From positions 31,996 to 95,995 of the forward strand of contig JAYTOU010000064.1 of NCBI GenBank assembly GCA_043747615.1: DNA of 64,000 bases, read 5' to 3'. The translations under genes were made by a program, and so were the position numbers. Source of the DNA: Myxococcales bacterium. GTDB lineage: Bacteria; Myxococcota_A; Polyangia; Polyangiales; Polyangiaceae. Position 1 is the stretch's first letter, and the number at the start of each line of letters is the position of its first letter. Below, piece by piece: positions 47,091 to 55,054 of the stretch. The notes under the pieces were generated by a model. It was not told the DNA's origin. It did not search any database and saw only the letters and a program-made list of their open reading frames with translations.

Positions 47091-47846
47091 GTGCCGCTGT
47101 CGGGAACCTTCCACCACCTGGGCCCCTTCTCGATTCCGGGCCTCCAGGGCACGCGCCGGGTGCGGGTCTACACGCCGCGTGGTCATGATCCGTCTCGTCC
47201 TCGCCCAGCGCTCTATATGTTCGACGGCCAGAACGTCTTCGACGACGCGCCCTCTTTTGCAGGCGGATGGAACACACATCGCGCGGTCGATCGTCTCTCG
47301 CCGCGCAGCAACTATCCGCCGGTCGTCGTAGGCATCGAGCACGGTGGGGCGGAGCGCATCGACGAGCTCGGTCCGTGGTCGATGCGAGGGCGCGGAGGCA
47401 GAACGGATCGCTTGCTCGACTGGATGGGGAGCGAGCTGATCTGCACGCTGCCGCAGCGCTTCGGAGTCATCCCGGGCCCCGTCGGTACGGTGATCGCCGG
47501 ATCATCACTCGGTGGCTTGGCTGCGCTCTATGCACACTTTCGCAGGCCCGATCTCTTCGGCGGAGTCATCGCGATCTCGCCATCGTTCTGGTTCGCGCAG
47601 CGGGCCATCTTTCCTTTCGTGGCCCAGCAGCCCAACCCGTGGACGTCGCGCATCTACCTCGACTGCGGCGCGAAAGAAGGCGGCGGACGGATGCTCTCGG
47701 CGGTGGAGGACATGGCCAAGCACCTCGCCGAGCGCGGGTATGGAACGGACAAGTTGATGTGGCGACCGGACGCTCGCGGCGCTCATTCCGAAGGTCATTG
47801 GCGGCGGCGCTTGCCGAAAGCTCTGCGCTTCATGTTTCGGCGCTGA
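47091..47846 (+). CDS. Alpha/beta-hydrolase esterase
   Basis: LYMFDGQNVF, GSSLGG nucleophile elbow, SPSFW, YLDCG, AHSE..W. Confidence 0.9.
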   Translation: MPLSGTFHHLGPFSIPGLQGTRRVRVYTPRGHDPSRPRPALYMFDGQNVFDDAPSFAGGWNTHRAVDRLSPRSNYPPVVVGIEHGGAERIDELGPWSMRGRGGRTDRLLDWMGSELICTLPQRFGVIPGPVGTVIAGSSLGGLAALYAHFRRPDLFGGVIAISPSFWFAQRAIFPFVAQQPNPWTSRIYLDCGAKEGGGRMLSAVEDMAKHLAERGYGTDKLMWRPDARGAHSEGHWRRRLPKALRFMFRR

Positions 47847-48014
47847 GCCTCGACGAACGCGCTCCCCGGCATTCAAATTTTCTTTCTTGAACGTGGGGAA
47901 GACTCCCGACGAGGGAGCGTAGGTGGTGGGGAGCCCGCGCACGTGACCAACACGGCGCAGACATCACCCACTTCGACCACGCTTTTGCGTGCGTCTCTCT
48001 AAAAGGATCTAACC

Positions 48015-49151
48015 ATGATCGACTGGAAAAAAGCAGGCGTTTTCGCTCTTCTCACCTCTCCGCTCCTCGCCGTTGGTACGGGCTGCGGAGCCCTCTCGGC
48101 TGCGGCAAACCCGAAGCTTGCGTGGGCCGTCGCTGATCCCGCGCCCATGACCGTCGTCGTGCGTCGCGCCGACGCTGCGCAAAACACGTCGAAGGAAGTC
48201 GATCGCCTTCTTACGGCGACGCCCGCCGATGGGAGCTCCGACTGGATGAAGAAGACCGCCATCGACAAGGCCGACGCCAGCGCAAAGATGAAGGAGCTCA
48301 CGGAGTTCTCGCTCTACAAGGACAGCAAGGCGCGCGTCGTCCCCTCGGAAATTTGGGTGAAGGAGCTCATCGTCCTCAAGAACGACAAGGGCCAATACCC
48401 GAACGTCCTCGCAGCCGTCGACAAGGGTCTCGGCGAAAACTACGCGAAGATCATGGTGAAGAACCAAGAGGTCGCGGCGGCCAACGCGTCGATCAAAGAG
48501 CAAGAGATCGCGATGGACGAAAAGGGCGTGACCGAAGCCCAGAAGACCGAGATGAAGAAAAAGATCAAAGAGCTCGAGGCGACGGCCGACAAGGCCGAGG
48601 ACGCCGTGAAGCCCCTGAAAAAAGCCTTCCTCGACACCGTGAAGGCGAGCGCGTCGAAGGCGCCCAAAGAAGTGAAGGACCAGTTCGGCATCGTCGTCGT
48701 CAACCTCCACCAGGCCGTGGAAGACGCGAAAATCGCGAACGGCGCGGCAGTCGTTCGGTTCCCACTCGCCATCAAGGGCATCACGACGGACGTGCAGAAG
48801 CAGGTCCCGGTGATCGTCGCCGACATCATCGAAGAGAAGACCGGCAAGCGCCCCACGCCCGGCGGCCTCGACCCCAAGGTCACCCTCGAAGGCGGCAAGG
48901 TCGGCATCACCCTGAACGGCCTCACCAAAGAGGACACCGCAAAAATCAGCGCCGTTGACCTCACCACCGAGACCATCGCCCGCACGCAGCGCTGGGTCGG
49001 TCACGCCATCGGCATCCTCGCCACGTGCACCTCGACGCAGGAAGCGCTCAACTTTCAGGACGACACGCTCGAAGCCCTTCAGTCTGGCTTCGAAACGGGC
49101 GGCTGGAAAGCGCCGGCAGCGTCTACCGTTCCGAGCGCCGACGGCAAGTAG
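48015..49151 (+). CDS. Lys-rich hypothetical lipoprotein with coiled-coil
   Basis: AAGGA RBS, lipobox GTGC, strongly C/G-ending codons, heptad-like KKKIKELEATADKAEDAVK. Confidence 0.8.
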   Translation: MIDWKKAGVFALLTSPLLAVGTGCGALSAAANPKLAWAVADPAPMTVVVRRADAAQNTSKEVDRLLTATPADGSSDWMKKTAIDKADASAKMKELTEFSLYKDSKARVVPSEIWVKELIVLKNDKGQYPNVLAAVDKGLGENYAKIMVKNQEVAAANASIKEQEIAMDEKGVTEAQKTEMKKKIKELEATADKAEDAVKPLKKAFLDTVKASASKAPKEVKDQFGIVVVNLHQAVEDAKIANGAAVVRFPLAIKGITTDVQKQVPVIVADIIEEKTGKRPTPGGLDPKVTLEGGKVGITLNGLTKEDTAKISAVDLTTETIARTQRWVGHAIGILATCTSTQEALNFQDDTLEALQSGFETGGWKAPAASTVPSADGK

Positions 49152-49250
49152 CTTACGTGCTCAGGGATGCCTGCCGGATGCCGGCGCCATCTCGCGCCAT
49201 TTCGGAGAGGGCGACGTCGTCCGGGCGAATCCAGACGATGTGAGCGCGCG

Positions 49251-49832
49251 TCACTCGTCTGCGCTGAACTCGACGATGCTCGGCGCGACGTTCAGAACGC
49301 CGCTCTGCACGGCGCCCGAGATCGAGAACGTAGAGAGTACGCCGTCGCCGTTGAGATCGCCGTTGGCCGTGGCCGTGAAGGACGTCGCGGGAACGGACGT
49401 GTAGCTGTACGAATAGTACTGAGCTTGGTCCATTGCGAAATGGAGGCACGCAAACCCCGCAACCGTCCCGGCGCCGCCACTCCAGTCCTTCGGCGCCGAC
49501 TGCCACTTCTTTCCCTTGATGGAAGTTGCCGCGGGGATCGGGTTGTTTGGTTCGGGAGGGCAAGGCGCGCGGGATACCGCGGTGCTCTGACCGACGGCGA
49601 GGACAGCGCCTGACATGCTCTCACGCTCGTAGGCGGCGATCGCGTCTTTGGAGATTTGGCCGAGCGTGTTTCGGGCCTCCGCGGTCTTGGCGTTCGCGAG
49701 GTATTTTCTCACACCGTAAATCGCGAGCACTGCCAGGATGCCGACGATCGCCACGACGATCATCAATTCGATCAGCGTGAATCCAGCGCGAATCCGCGCG
49801 GCAGGTCGAACATGGGGAGTGGACGTCGACAT
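49251..49832 (-). CDS. pilA: Type IVa pilin
   Basis: AGGAG RBS; class III signal RAG|FTLIELMIVVAIVGILAVLAI; AKTAEA; ANGDLNGDG; two Cys. Confidence 0.9.
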   Translation of the reverse strand: MSTSTPHVRPAARIRAGFTLIELMIVVAIVGILAVLAIYGVRKYLANAKTAEARNTLGQISKDAIAAYERESMSGAVLAVGQSTAVSRAPCPPEPNNPIPAATSIKGKKWQSAPKDWSGGAGTVAGFACLHFAMDQAQYYSYSYTSVPATSFTATANGDLNGDGVLSTFSISGAVQSGVLNVAPSIVEFSADE

Positions 49833-49929
49833 TGCGCTCCTGTTCTCGCGAGTGGGTTTCCCGCAGCAACGGTACGCGCTGACCACTCAGAGTCCCAGTT
49901 TGTCGAGGATTCGAACCGCGAATTTTTAG

Positions 49930-50002
49930 TGGAGCAAAGGGGGATCGAACCCCTGACCTCTGCATTGCGAACGCAGCGCTCTCCCAGCTGAGCTATTGCC
50001 CC
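49930..50002 (-). tRNA. tRNA-Ala(CGC), CCA not encoded
   Basis: GGGGCAA/TTGCTCC acceptor stem with G3:U70, D arm AGCTCAGCTGGGAGAGC, anticodon loop TTCGCAA, GGTTCGATCC T arm; followed by CTA rather than CCA. Confidence 0.97.
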
Positions 50003-50071
50003 ATATCTACCGGACGGCGGCGGACTTTACGCGCGAGGGATCGAAAGTCAAACCCAGAATGATGTTGCGAG

Positions 50072-50749
50072 CTAACGGTAGCCCGCGACCAGGGCTTGGG
50101 CGAGCAGTCCCCAGCCATCGATCGCCACGAAGAGGAGAAGCTTGAATGGGAGACTCACCTGGGTCGGACTGAGCATCTGCATTCCGAGGGCGAGCAGCAC
50201 GTTGGCGATCACCAAATCGATGACGAGGAACGGCAGAAAAATAAGAAAACCGATGGCGAAGGCTTCGCTCAGCTCGGTGACCACGAAGGCCGGGACGAGC
50301 ACCGGAAGGTCGTCCGCCTTGATGCCCGCGCGGTCGGCCTCGGGGCGCGCTTGCTTCGCGACCAGCAGAAAACGAGCCTTTTCCCGCTCGCTCGCGTTCT
50401 TGTCGAGGAACTCGCGCATCGGCGTCCGCACCGCATCGATCCCTTGCCGGATGAGGGTCACCGTGTCCGGCGCCTCCTTGCCCGTGAAGATCGGCGTCGC
50501 TCGGGCGATGATTTTTTCCCCAACCGGGGCCATCGCAAGGAGGGTCAGCGCCGCGGCGAGGGCCATCACCACCGTGTTCGATGGGATGGACTGCGCACCA
50601 ATCGCGCTGCGTACGATCTGAAGGACGGTGGAGATCTTCACGAAGGCGGTCACGCTCATGAAGACGAAGGGAAGGAGCGACACCAGAGCGAGCGCGACGA
50701 CGAGCGCGAGCGGACGGCCGAGAAGGTCGTCGGTCACGATGGGCTTCAT
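50072..50749 (-). CDS. sctR: Type III export-gate subunit SctR/FliP
   Basis: TAFVKI, VPAFVVTELSEAF.IGF.IFLPFLVIDLVIANVLLALGMQMLSP..VSLPFKLLLFV.IDGW. Confidence 0.93.
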   Translation of the reverse strand: MKPIVTDDLLGRPLALVVALALVSLLPFVFMSVTAFVKISTVLQIVRSAIGAQSIPSNTVVMALAAALTLLAMAPVGEKIIARATPIFTGKEAPDTVTLIRQGIDAVRTPMREFLDKNASEREKARFLLVAKQARPEADRAGIKADDLPVLVPAFVVTELSEAFAIGFLIFLPFLVIDLVIANVLLALGMQMLSPTQVSLPFKLLLFVAIDGWGLLAQALVAGYR

Positions 50750-51114
50750 GGCGCGACTTTCTCGTCGGTTGGCGCTTCTTTTTCCGGCTTGGGAGCACGT
50801 TTGAGAACGCGGGCGAGGACGTCCGAAAAAGGAGCGTGGGCGCTCGCTTCGGGACTCGGAAGGTCGGCCGCCGGAAATTCTCCGAGCTTTGTGAAACCGC
50901 CTTCGCCGACACCGACGACGAAGACCTGGCCGGCGACCTTCACCAGATAGATGGCGCGGCGCGCGTCGAGTGGGAGCTGACCGACGAGCTCAATGGCCCC
51001 GGAGGCGCGACCGATCCCCAAGCGTCGCGCGCCGTAGAGGACGCCGAACGCGAGCGCGCACACTGCGACGAGGGTGACGAACGTCTCGATGACGTAGCTG
51101 GCGTACGAGGTCAT
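50746..51114 (-). CDS. FliO-like membrane protein
   Basis: N-terminal TM then IELVGQLPLDARRAIYLVKVAGQVFVVGV beta-rich FliO pattern; ATGA overlap with sctR/fliP. Confidence 0.8.
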   Translation of the reverse strand: MTSYASYVIETFVTLVAVCALAFGVLYGARRLGIGRASGAIELVGQLPLDARRAIYLVKVAGQVFVVGVGEGGFTKLGEFPAADLPSPEASAHAPFSDVLARVLKRAPKPEKEAPTDEKVAP

Positions 51115-51210
51115 GGTCCGGCGCTTCCGCGCGATAAACTACGCTGAAACCGCCGGCCTCGTCGTCGTGGATTTATTCTTTCGGGGTTTCGAGCTAGCTA
51201 GGTAGTCGCC

Positions 51211-52449
51211 GTGGCGCTCATCGTTCAGAAATTCGGTGGAACATCAGTGGGCTCGATCGAGCGTATTCGCAACGTCGCCCGCCGCTGCCTCGCGGCGCAG
51301 GCCCTCGGAAACGACGTGGTGCTGATCGTGAGCGCGATGAGCGGGGAAACCAACCGCCTGCTGGCCCTCGCCCACGAGGTCATCCAGGTGCCCGACGCAC
51401 GAGAGATGGACGCCATCGCAGCCACCGGGGAGCAAGTCACCGCCGCGCTCATGGCCCTCGCCATCCAGGCCCAAGGCGGCAAGGCGCGATCGCTCCTCGG
51501 TCATCAGGTAAAAATTCTGACTGATGGAGCGTTCACCAAGGCGCGCATCAAGACCATTGAAGGCTCGAAAATTTTCTCGACCTTGAAACGCGGAGAGATC
51601 GCGGTAGTGGCTGGTTTTCAGGGCGTCGACGAGCACGGAGACATCACCACTCTCGGCCGCGGCGGCTCCGACACGAGCGCCGTCGCAATTGCTGCTGCCA
51701 TCGGCGCAGACGCTTGCGAGATCTTCACCGATGTTGACGGCGTCTACACCACCGATCCCAACATCTGTCCTTCGGCCCGAAAGGTCCCGCGCATCTCGTA
51801 CGAGGAAATGCTGGAGCTCGCGTCACTCGGGGCCAAGGTTCTGCAAATTCGCTGCGTGGAAATCGCTATGAAATACAACGTGCCGCTCCACGTGCGCAGC
51901 TCGTTCAACGACACGGAGGGCACCTGGGTGACGAAAGAAGACAAATCGCTCGAAGACGTGGTGGTGGCTGGCGTCGCCTACGACAAGAATGAAGCGCGCG
52001 TGAACATGGTCGGCGTCGAGGACAAGCCCGGGGTCGTGGCAAACCTCTTCGAAGCGATCGCCGAGAAAAATATTTCGGTCGACATGATCATCCAGAACGC
52101 GACGGCCCTCGTGCCGAGCGACATGGGAGTCGCCCGTGCCGACGTCACCTTCACGGTGCCCACGGCCGAGCTCAAACGAGCCAAGCCCTTCATCGAAGAA
52201 ATCGGCAAGTCACTCGGCGCTCGCCAAATTCGCTACGACGAAGACGTGGTCAAGGTCTCCATCGTAGGGCTCGGCATGCGCTCGCACGCCGGAGTGGCCG
52301 CCAAGATGTTCCGCCTCCTCGCCGACGAGGGGATCAACATCCAGGCGATCTCGACGAGCGAGATCAAGGTGAGCTGCCTCGTAGCTGCAAAGTACACGGA
52401 ATTGGCGGTCCGCGTTTTACACGACGGATTCGGGCTTTCGAAGGCCTAG
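51211..52449 (+). CDS. lysC: Aspartate kinase
   Basis: VQKFGGTSV, VSAM, TTLGRGGSDTSA, TDVDGVYTTDP, two ACT domains, ISTSEIKVS. Confidence 0.97.
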   Translation: MALIVQKFGGTSVGSIERIRNVARRCLAAQALGNDVVLIVSAMSGETNRLLALAHEVIQVPDAREMDAIAATGEQVTAALMALAIQAQGGKARSLLGHQVKILTDGAFTKARIKTIEGSKIFSTLKRGEIAVVAGFQGVDEHGDITTLGRGGSDTSAVAIAAAIGADACEIFTDVDGVYTTDPNICPSARKVPRISYEEMLELASLGAKVLQIRCVEIAMKYNVPLHVRSSFNDTEGTWVTKEDKSLEDVVVAGVAYDKNEARVNMVGVEDKPGVVANLFEAIAEKNISVDMIIQNATALVPSDMGVARADVTFTVPTAELKRAKPFIEEIGKSLGARQIRYDEDVVKVSIVGLGMRSHAGVAAKMFRLLADEGINIQAISTSEIKVSCLVAAKYTELAVRVLHDGFGLSKA

Positions 52450-52459
52450 GCGACCGAAA

Positions 52460-53011
52460 TCACCAGCCCCACATGTACTCGGTGCGGAGAAAAGCCTGGG
52501 TGTACGTGGGGTAGGTCGAGATGTCGCTGAAGAGCATGTGCTGGCGGATCGCCAAGCCCACGGCGACGCTTCGCGTGATCTGATAGTCGAGGCCCGCGGC
52601 GATCTGAACGCCAGCGAGGTACTTGGGCTGCGTCAGCGAGCCACCGGTCATCGCGTAACCGCTGGCGAGGATGCCGACGTAAGGGACCCAGCGAAGGACG
52701 TCGAGCACGTAGCCGCCTCCAAACGCGAAGCTCTCGACGGTCGAGGGGCGCGTCGTCGGTGTCGTCTCGCGGATGTTGCGGGCCACGATGGATGACGTGC
52801 CCTCGAGCATGAAGTTGAACTGGTCGGTGACGCCGTACGCGTAGTGCACTCCGAGGCCTCCGCCGACGTCGAGGGTGGGCTTGTCGTCGATCTTGAGCAT
52901 GCTGAGCCCGGCGCCGACGCCGAGGTGATGCTGGCGCTCGATCGCCGATGCATGCCCAGTGGCGAGCGCGAGCGCGACGGCAAACGGTGAGACCTGGGCG
53001 AGCTTTTTCAA
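52460..53011 (-). CDS. Small outer-membrane beta-barrel protein
   Basis: TTG start overlapping the DsbA stop; signal peptide ending ASA; alternating strands (GGGYVLD..WVPYVG, GLDY); terminal aromatic residue in EYMWGW. Confidence 0.78.
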   Translation of the reverse strand: MKKLAQVSPFAVALALATGHASAIERQHHLGVGAGLSMLKIDDKPTLDVGGGLGVHYAYGVTDQFNFMLEGTSSIVARNIRETTPTTRPSTVESFAFGGGYVLDVLRWVPYVGILASGYAMTGGSLTQPKYLAGVQIAAGLDYQITRSVAVGLAIRQHMLFSDISTYPTYTQAFLRTEYMWGW

Positions 53012-54981
53012 GGGCGCTTTCCGGCGCCATCGGCGAGCGCGCGATCGATGAGCTTCTTGAACTGGGACAAAGGTTGAGCGCCGCTGAGGTAGTAGCCGTT
53101 GATGACGAACGCCGGAGTCCCGCTGATCCCCGCGTCCTTTGCGGCCTTCGCGTCTACTTCGACCTCGGCCTTGTGGCTCTCCGTGTCGAGCGACGATTGC
53201 CACTTCGTCATGTCGATGCCGAGCTGCTTGGCGTAACCGTCGAGCGCCGCGCGTTCGAGCCCATGCTCGACGCCCTGGTTCTGAAACAAGAGATCATGCA
53301 TGCGCCAGAACCCCGCTGCCCCTTTTTGCCGATACACCTCCATCGATGCTTGGGCGGCGAGGTTGGCGTTGGCGTGAAACGGCAGAGGCATGTGCCTCCA
53401 GACGATCTTCACTTGTGTGCCGTACGTTTTCATCACCTCGGTGAGCGTGTCCTCGGCTCGCTTGCAGAAGGGGCACTGAAAATCCGAAAACTCTTGGATC
53501 GTCACCTTCGCGGCCAAATTCCCGCGTGTCGGCGCGTTCGCTGCAACGGGGACCAACTTTTTTTCCGGCTCGGCCGGGCCGGCGCCATCTTTCACGAGCG
53601 CGTCGTAGAGTGCCGCCGCCGCGGTCCCTTTCGCTTGCTCTGCGTGCGCTCGCACCAGCTCGTCGGTGATCATCTGCTCGAACTTTTCGAGTGGCTGGGC
53701 GCCCACGAGACGCTTGCCGTTGATGAAGAAATGCGGTGTGCCGGTGGCCTTGAAATCGTCGACGAGGTCGCTGTCGCTGTCGAGTGTGGCCTTGAACTTG
53801 TGGGTCTTGACCGCGGCGTGCACCTTCTCGAGGTTTAGTCCGAGAGCGCTTGCCACGGCGTCGAGGTCGGCGTTTTCCAGCTTCGGTTGGGAGTCGAAAA
53901 TTTTGTCGTGGGCCGCCCAAAAGCCCGTGTCCCCTTTTTGGGCGCGCGCCTCGTAGGCCAGCTCCGCTGCCGGCTCGGCCCGGGGGTGAAACGGAAGCGG
54001 CTCATTTTTCCAGACGATCCGCACGTCCGCCGGGTGGGCGAGCATGATCTTCTTCAGCGTGTCTTCGACCTTCTTGCAGTACGGACACTGGAAATCGCTG
54101 AACTCGATGATGGTGACCAGCGCGTTCTTCGGGCCACGCACAGGGCTCGCGCCCACCGGCACCTTGAAGATCGCGTTCGCGTTCGCGGGCGGCGCGTCGT
54201 CATGATCGTCGGCCTTTGGAGCGAGCCTCCGATTCTCTTCGGACATCACTGCGTACAAGCGCCCGCGCGGTGTCCCTGCACTGAGCTTCGCTTCGGCCTT
54301 TTTCAGCTCCATGTCGATGATCGACTTGAACTGGTCGGCGGGTAGCGCGCCCACGAGCGAAACGCCGTTGATGAAGAAGCTCGGAGTTCCGTTGACACCG
54401 AGCGCACTTGCGAGCGCGATGTCTTTTTCGATTTTCGCGCCCCAGGCGTGGGTGGCGAGACCGGCGCGGAGCTTCTTTACGTCGACGCCTGCATCTGCGG
54501 CCCACTGCTCGTATGCGGCCGGAGAGAGGCTCGCTTGCTCGCGGAACGCCGCGTCGTGGAATTTCCAAAACGCCGCGTGCCCACCGAGCACGAAGACGCC
54601 TTGCGCTGCTTCCGCGGCCGGACGCGCGTTCGGGTGGTGCGGGAGAGGCTCGTTTTTCCATACGATCCGGACTTTGTCGGGACTGTACGCTTCCTTCACC
54701 GCATCGAGAGCCGGCTCGACGCGAGAGCAAAACGGACACTGAAAATCCGAGAACTCGACGATGGTCACGAGCGCGTTAGGAGCGCCCCACATCGGATCAT
54801 CGGCCTTGATCGGGATGGGTCCGCTGTCGTCGTCGGTGCCGTCTTCGAGCGGCGCGGGAGCCCCCATGTCCCCCTTCGCGACGGTGAGCGGCGGAACGGC
54901 GGTCTCGGCAGTGGCGGGCGTCGGTGTCGCGCCTCCGCAACCAAGAGAGAACGCGAGGGCGAGGCTGAGGATGCGTTTCAT
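53008..54981 (-). CDS. Lipoprotein with three DsbA-type thioredoxin domains
   Basis: Lipobox SLGC; FSDFQCPFC, FSDFQCPYC, FSDFQCPFC, each with a GTP.F.ING cis-Pro loop. Confidence 0.93.
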   Translation of the reverse strand: MKRILSLALAFSLGCGGATPTPATAETAVPPLTVAKGDMGAPAPLEDGTDDDSGPIPIKADDPMWGAPNALVTIVEFSDFQCPFCSRVEPALDAVKEAYSPDKVRIVWKNEPLPHHPNARPAAEAAQGVFVLGGHAAFWKFHDAAFREQASLSPAAYEQWAADAGVDVKKLRAGLATHAWGAKIEKDIALASALGVNGTPSFFINGVSLVGALPADQFKSIIDMELKKAEAKLSAGTPRGRLYAVMSEENRRLAPKADDHDDAPPANANAIFKVPVGASPVRGPKNALVTIIEFSDFQCPYCKKVEDTLKKIMLAHPADVRIVWKNEPLPFHPRAEPAAELAYEARAQKGDTGFWAAHDKIFDSQPKLENADLDAVASALGLNLEKVHAAVKTHKFKATLDSDSDLVDDFKATGTPHFFINGKRLVGAQPLEKFEQMITDELVRAHAEQAKGTAAAALYDALVKDGAGPAEPEKKLVPVAANAPTRGNLAAKVTIQEFSDFQCPFCKRAEDTLTEVMKTYGTQVKIVWRHMPLPFHANANLAAQASMEVYRQKGAAGFWRMHDLLFQNQGVEHGLERAALDGYAKQLGIDMTKWQSSLDTESHKAEVEVDAKAAKDAGISGTPAFVINGYYLSGAQPLSQFKKLIDRALADGAGKRP

Positions 54982-54988
54982 GACTCTT

Positions 54989-55028
54989 AAAAATAGAGAA
55001 AGGCCCTCTCCCGTTAGGAAGAGGGCCT
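54989..55028 (-). terminator. Intrinsic terminator-like hairpin between the two DsbA paralogs
   Basis: AGGCCCTCT / AGAGGGCCT arms (55001-55009, 55020-55028), followed on the minus strand by TTCTCTATTTTT. Confidence 0.7.
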
Positions 55029-55054
55029 CGTCTAGCGCCTAGAAGAGCGCGCTT

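Noticed and set aside
44009..47152. 1047-aa ORF suggesting a large fusion protein
   Set aside because: The first ~470 codons are an off-frame read-through of the ArsB gene. The real phosphatase starts at TTG 45742 with a lipoprotein signal.
49860..49890. Possible sigma54 promoter for the pilin
   Set aside because: TTGC is present on the minus strand but there is no GG at the required spacing.
49930..50002. tRNA-Ala as attachment site of an integrated element
   Set aside because: No integrase, no duplicated tRNA 3' end noticed, and no compositional shift in flanking genes.
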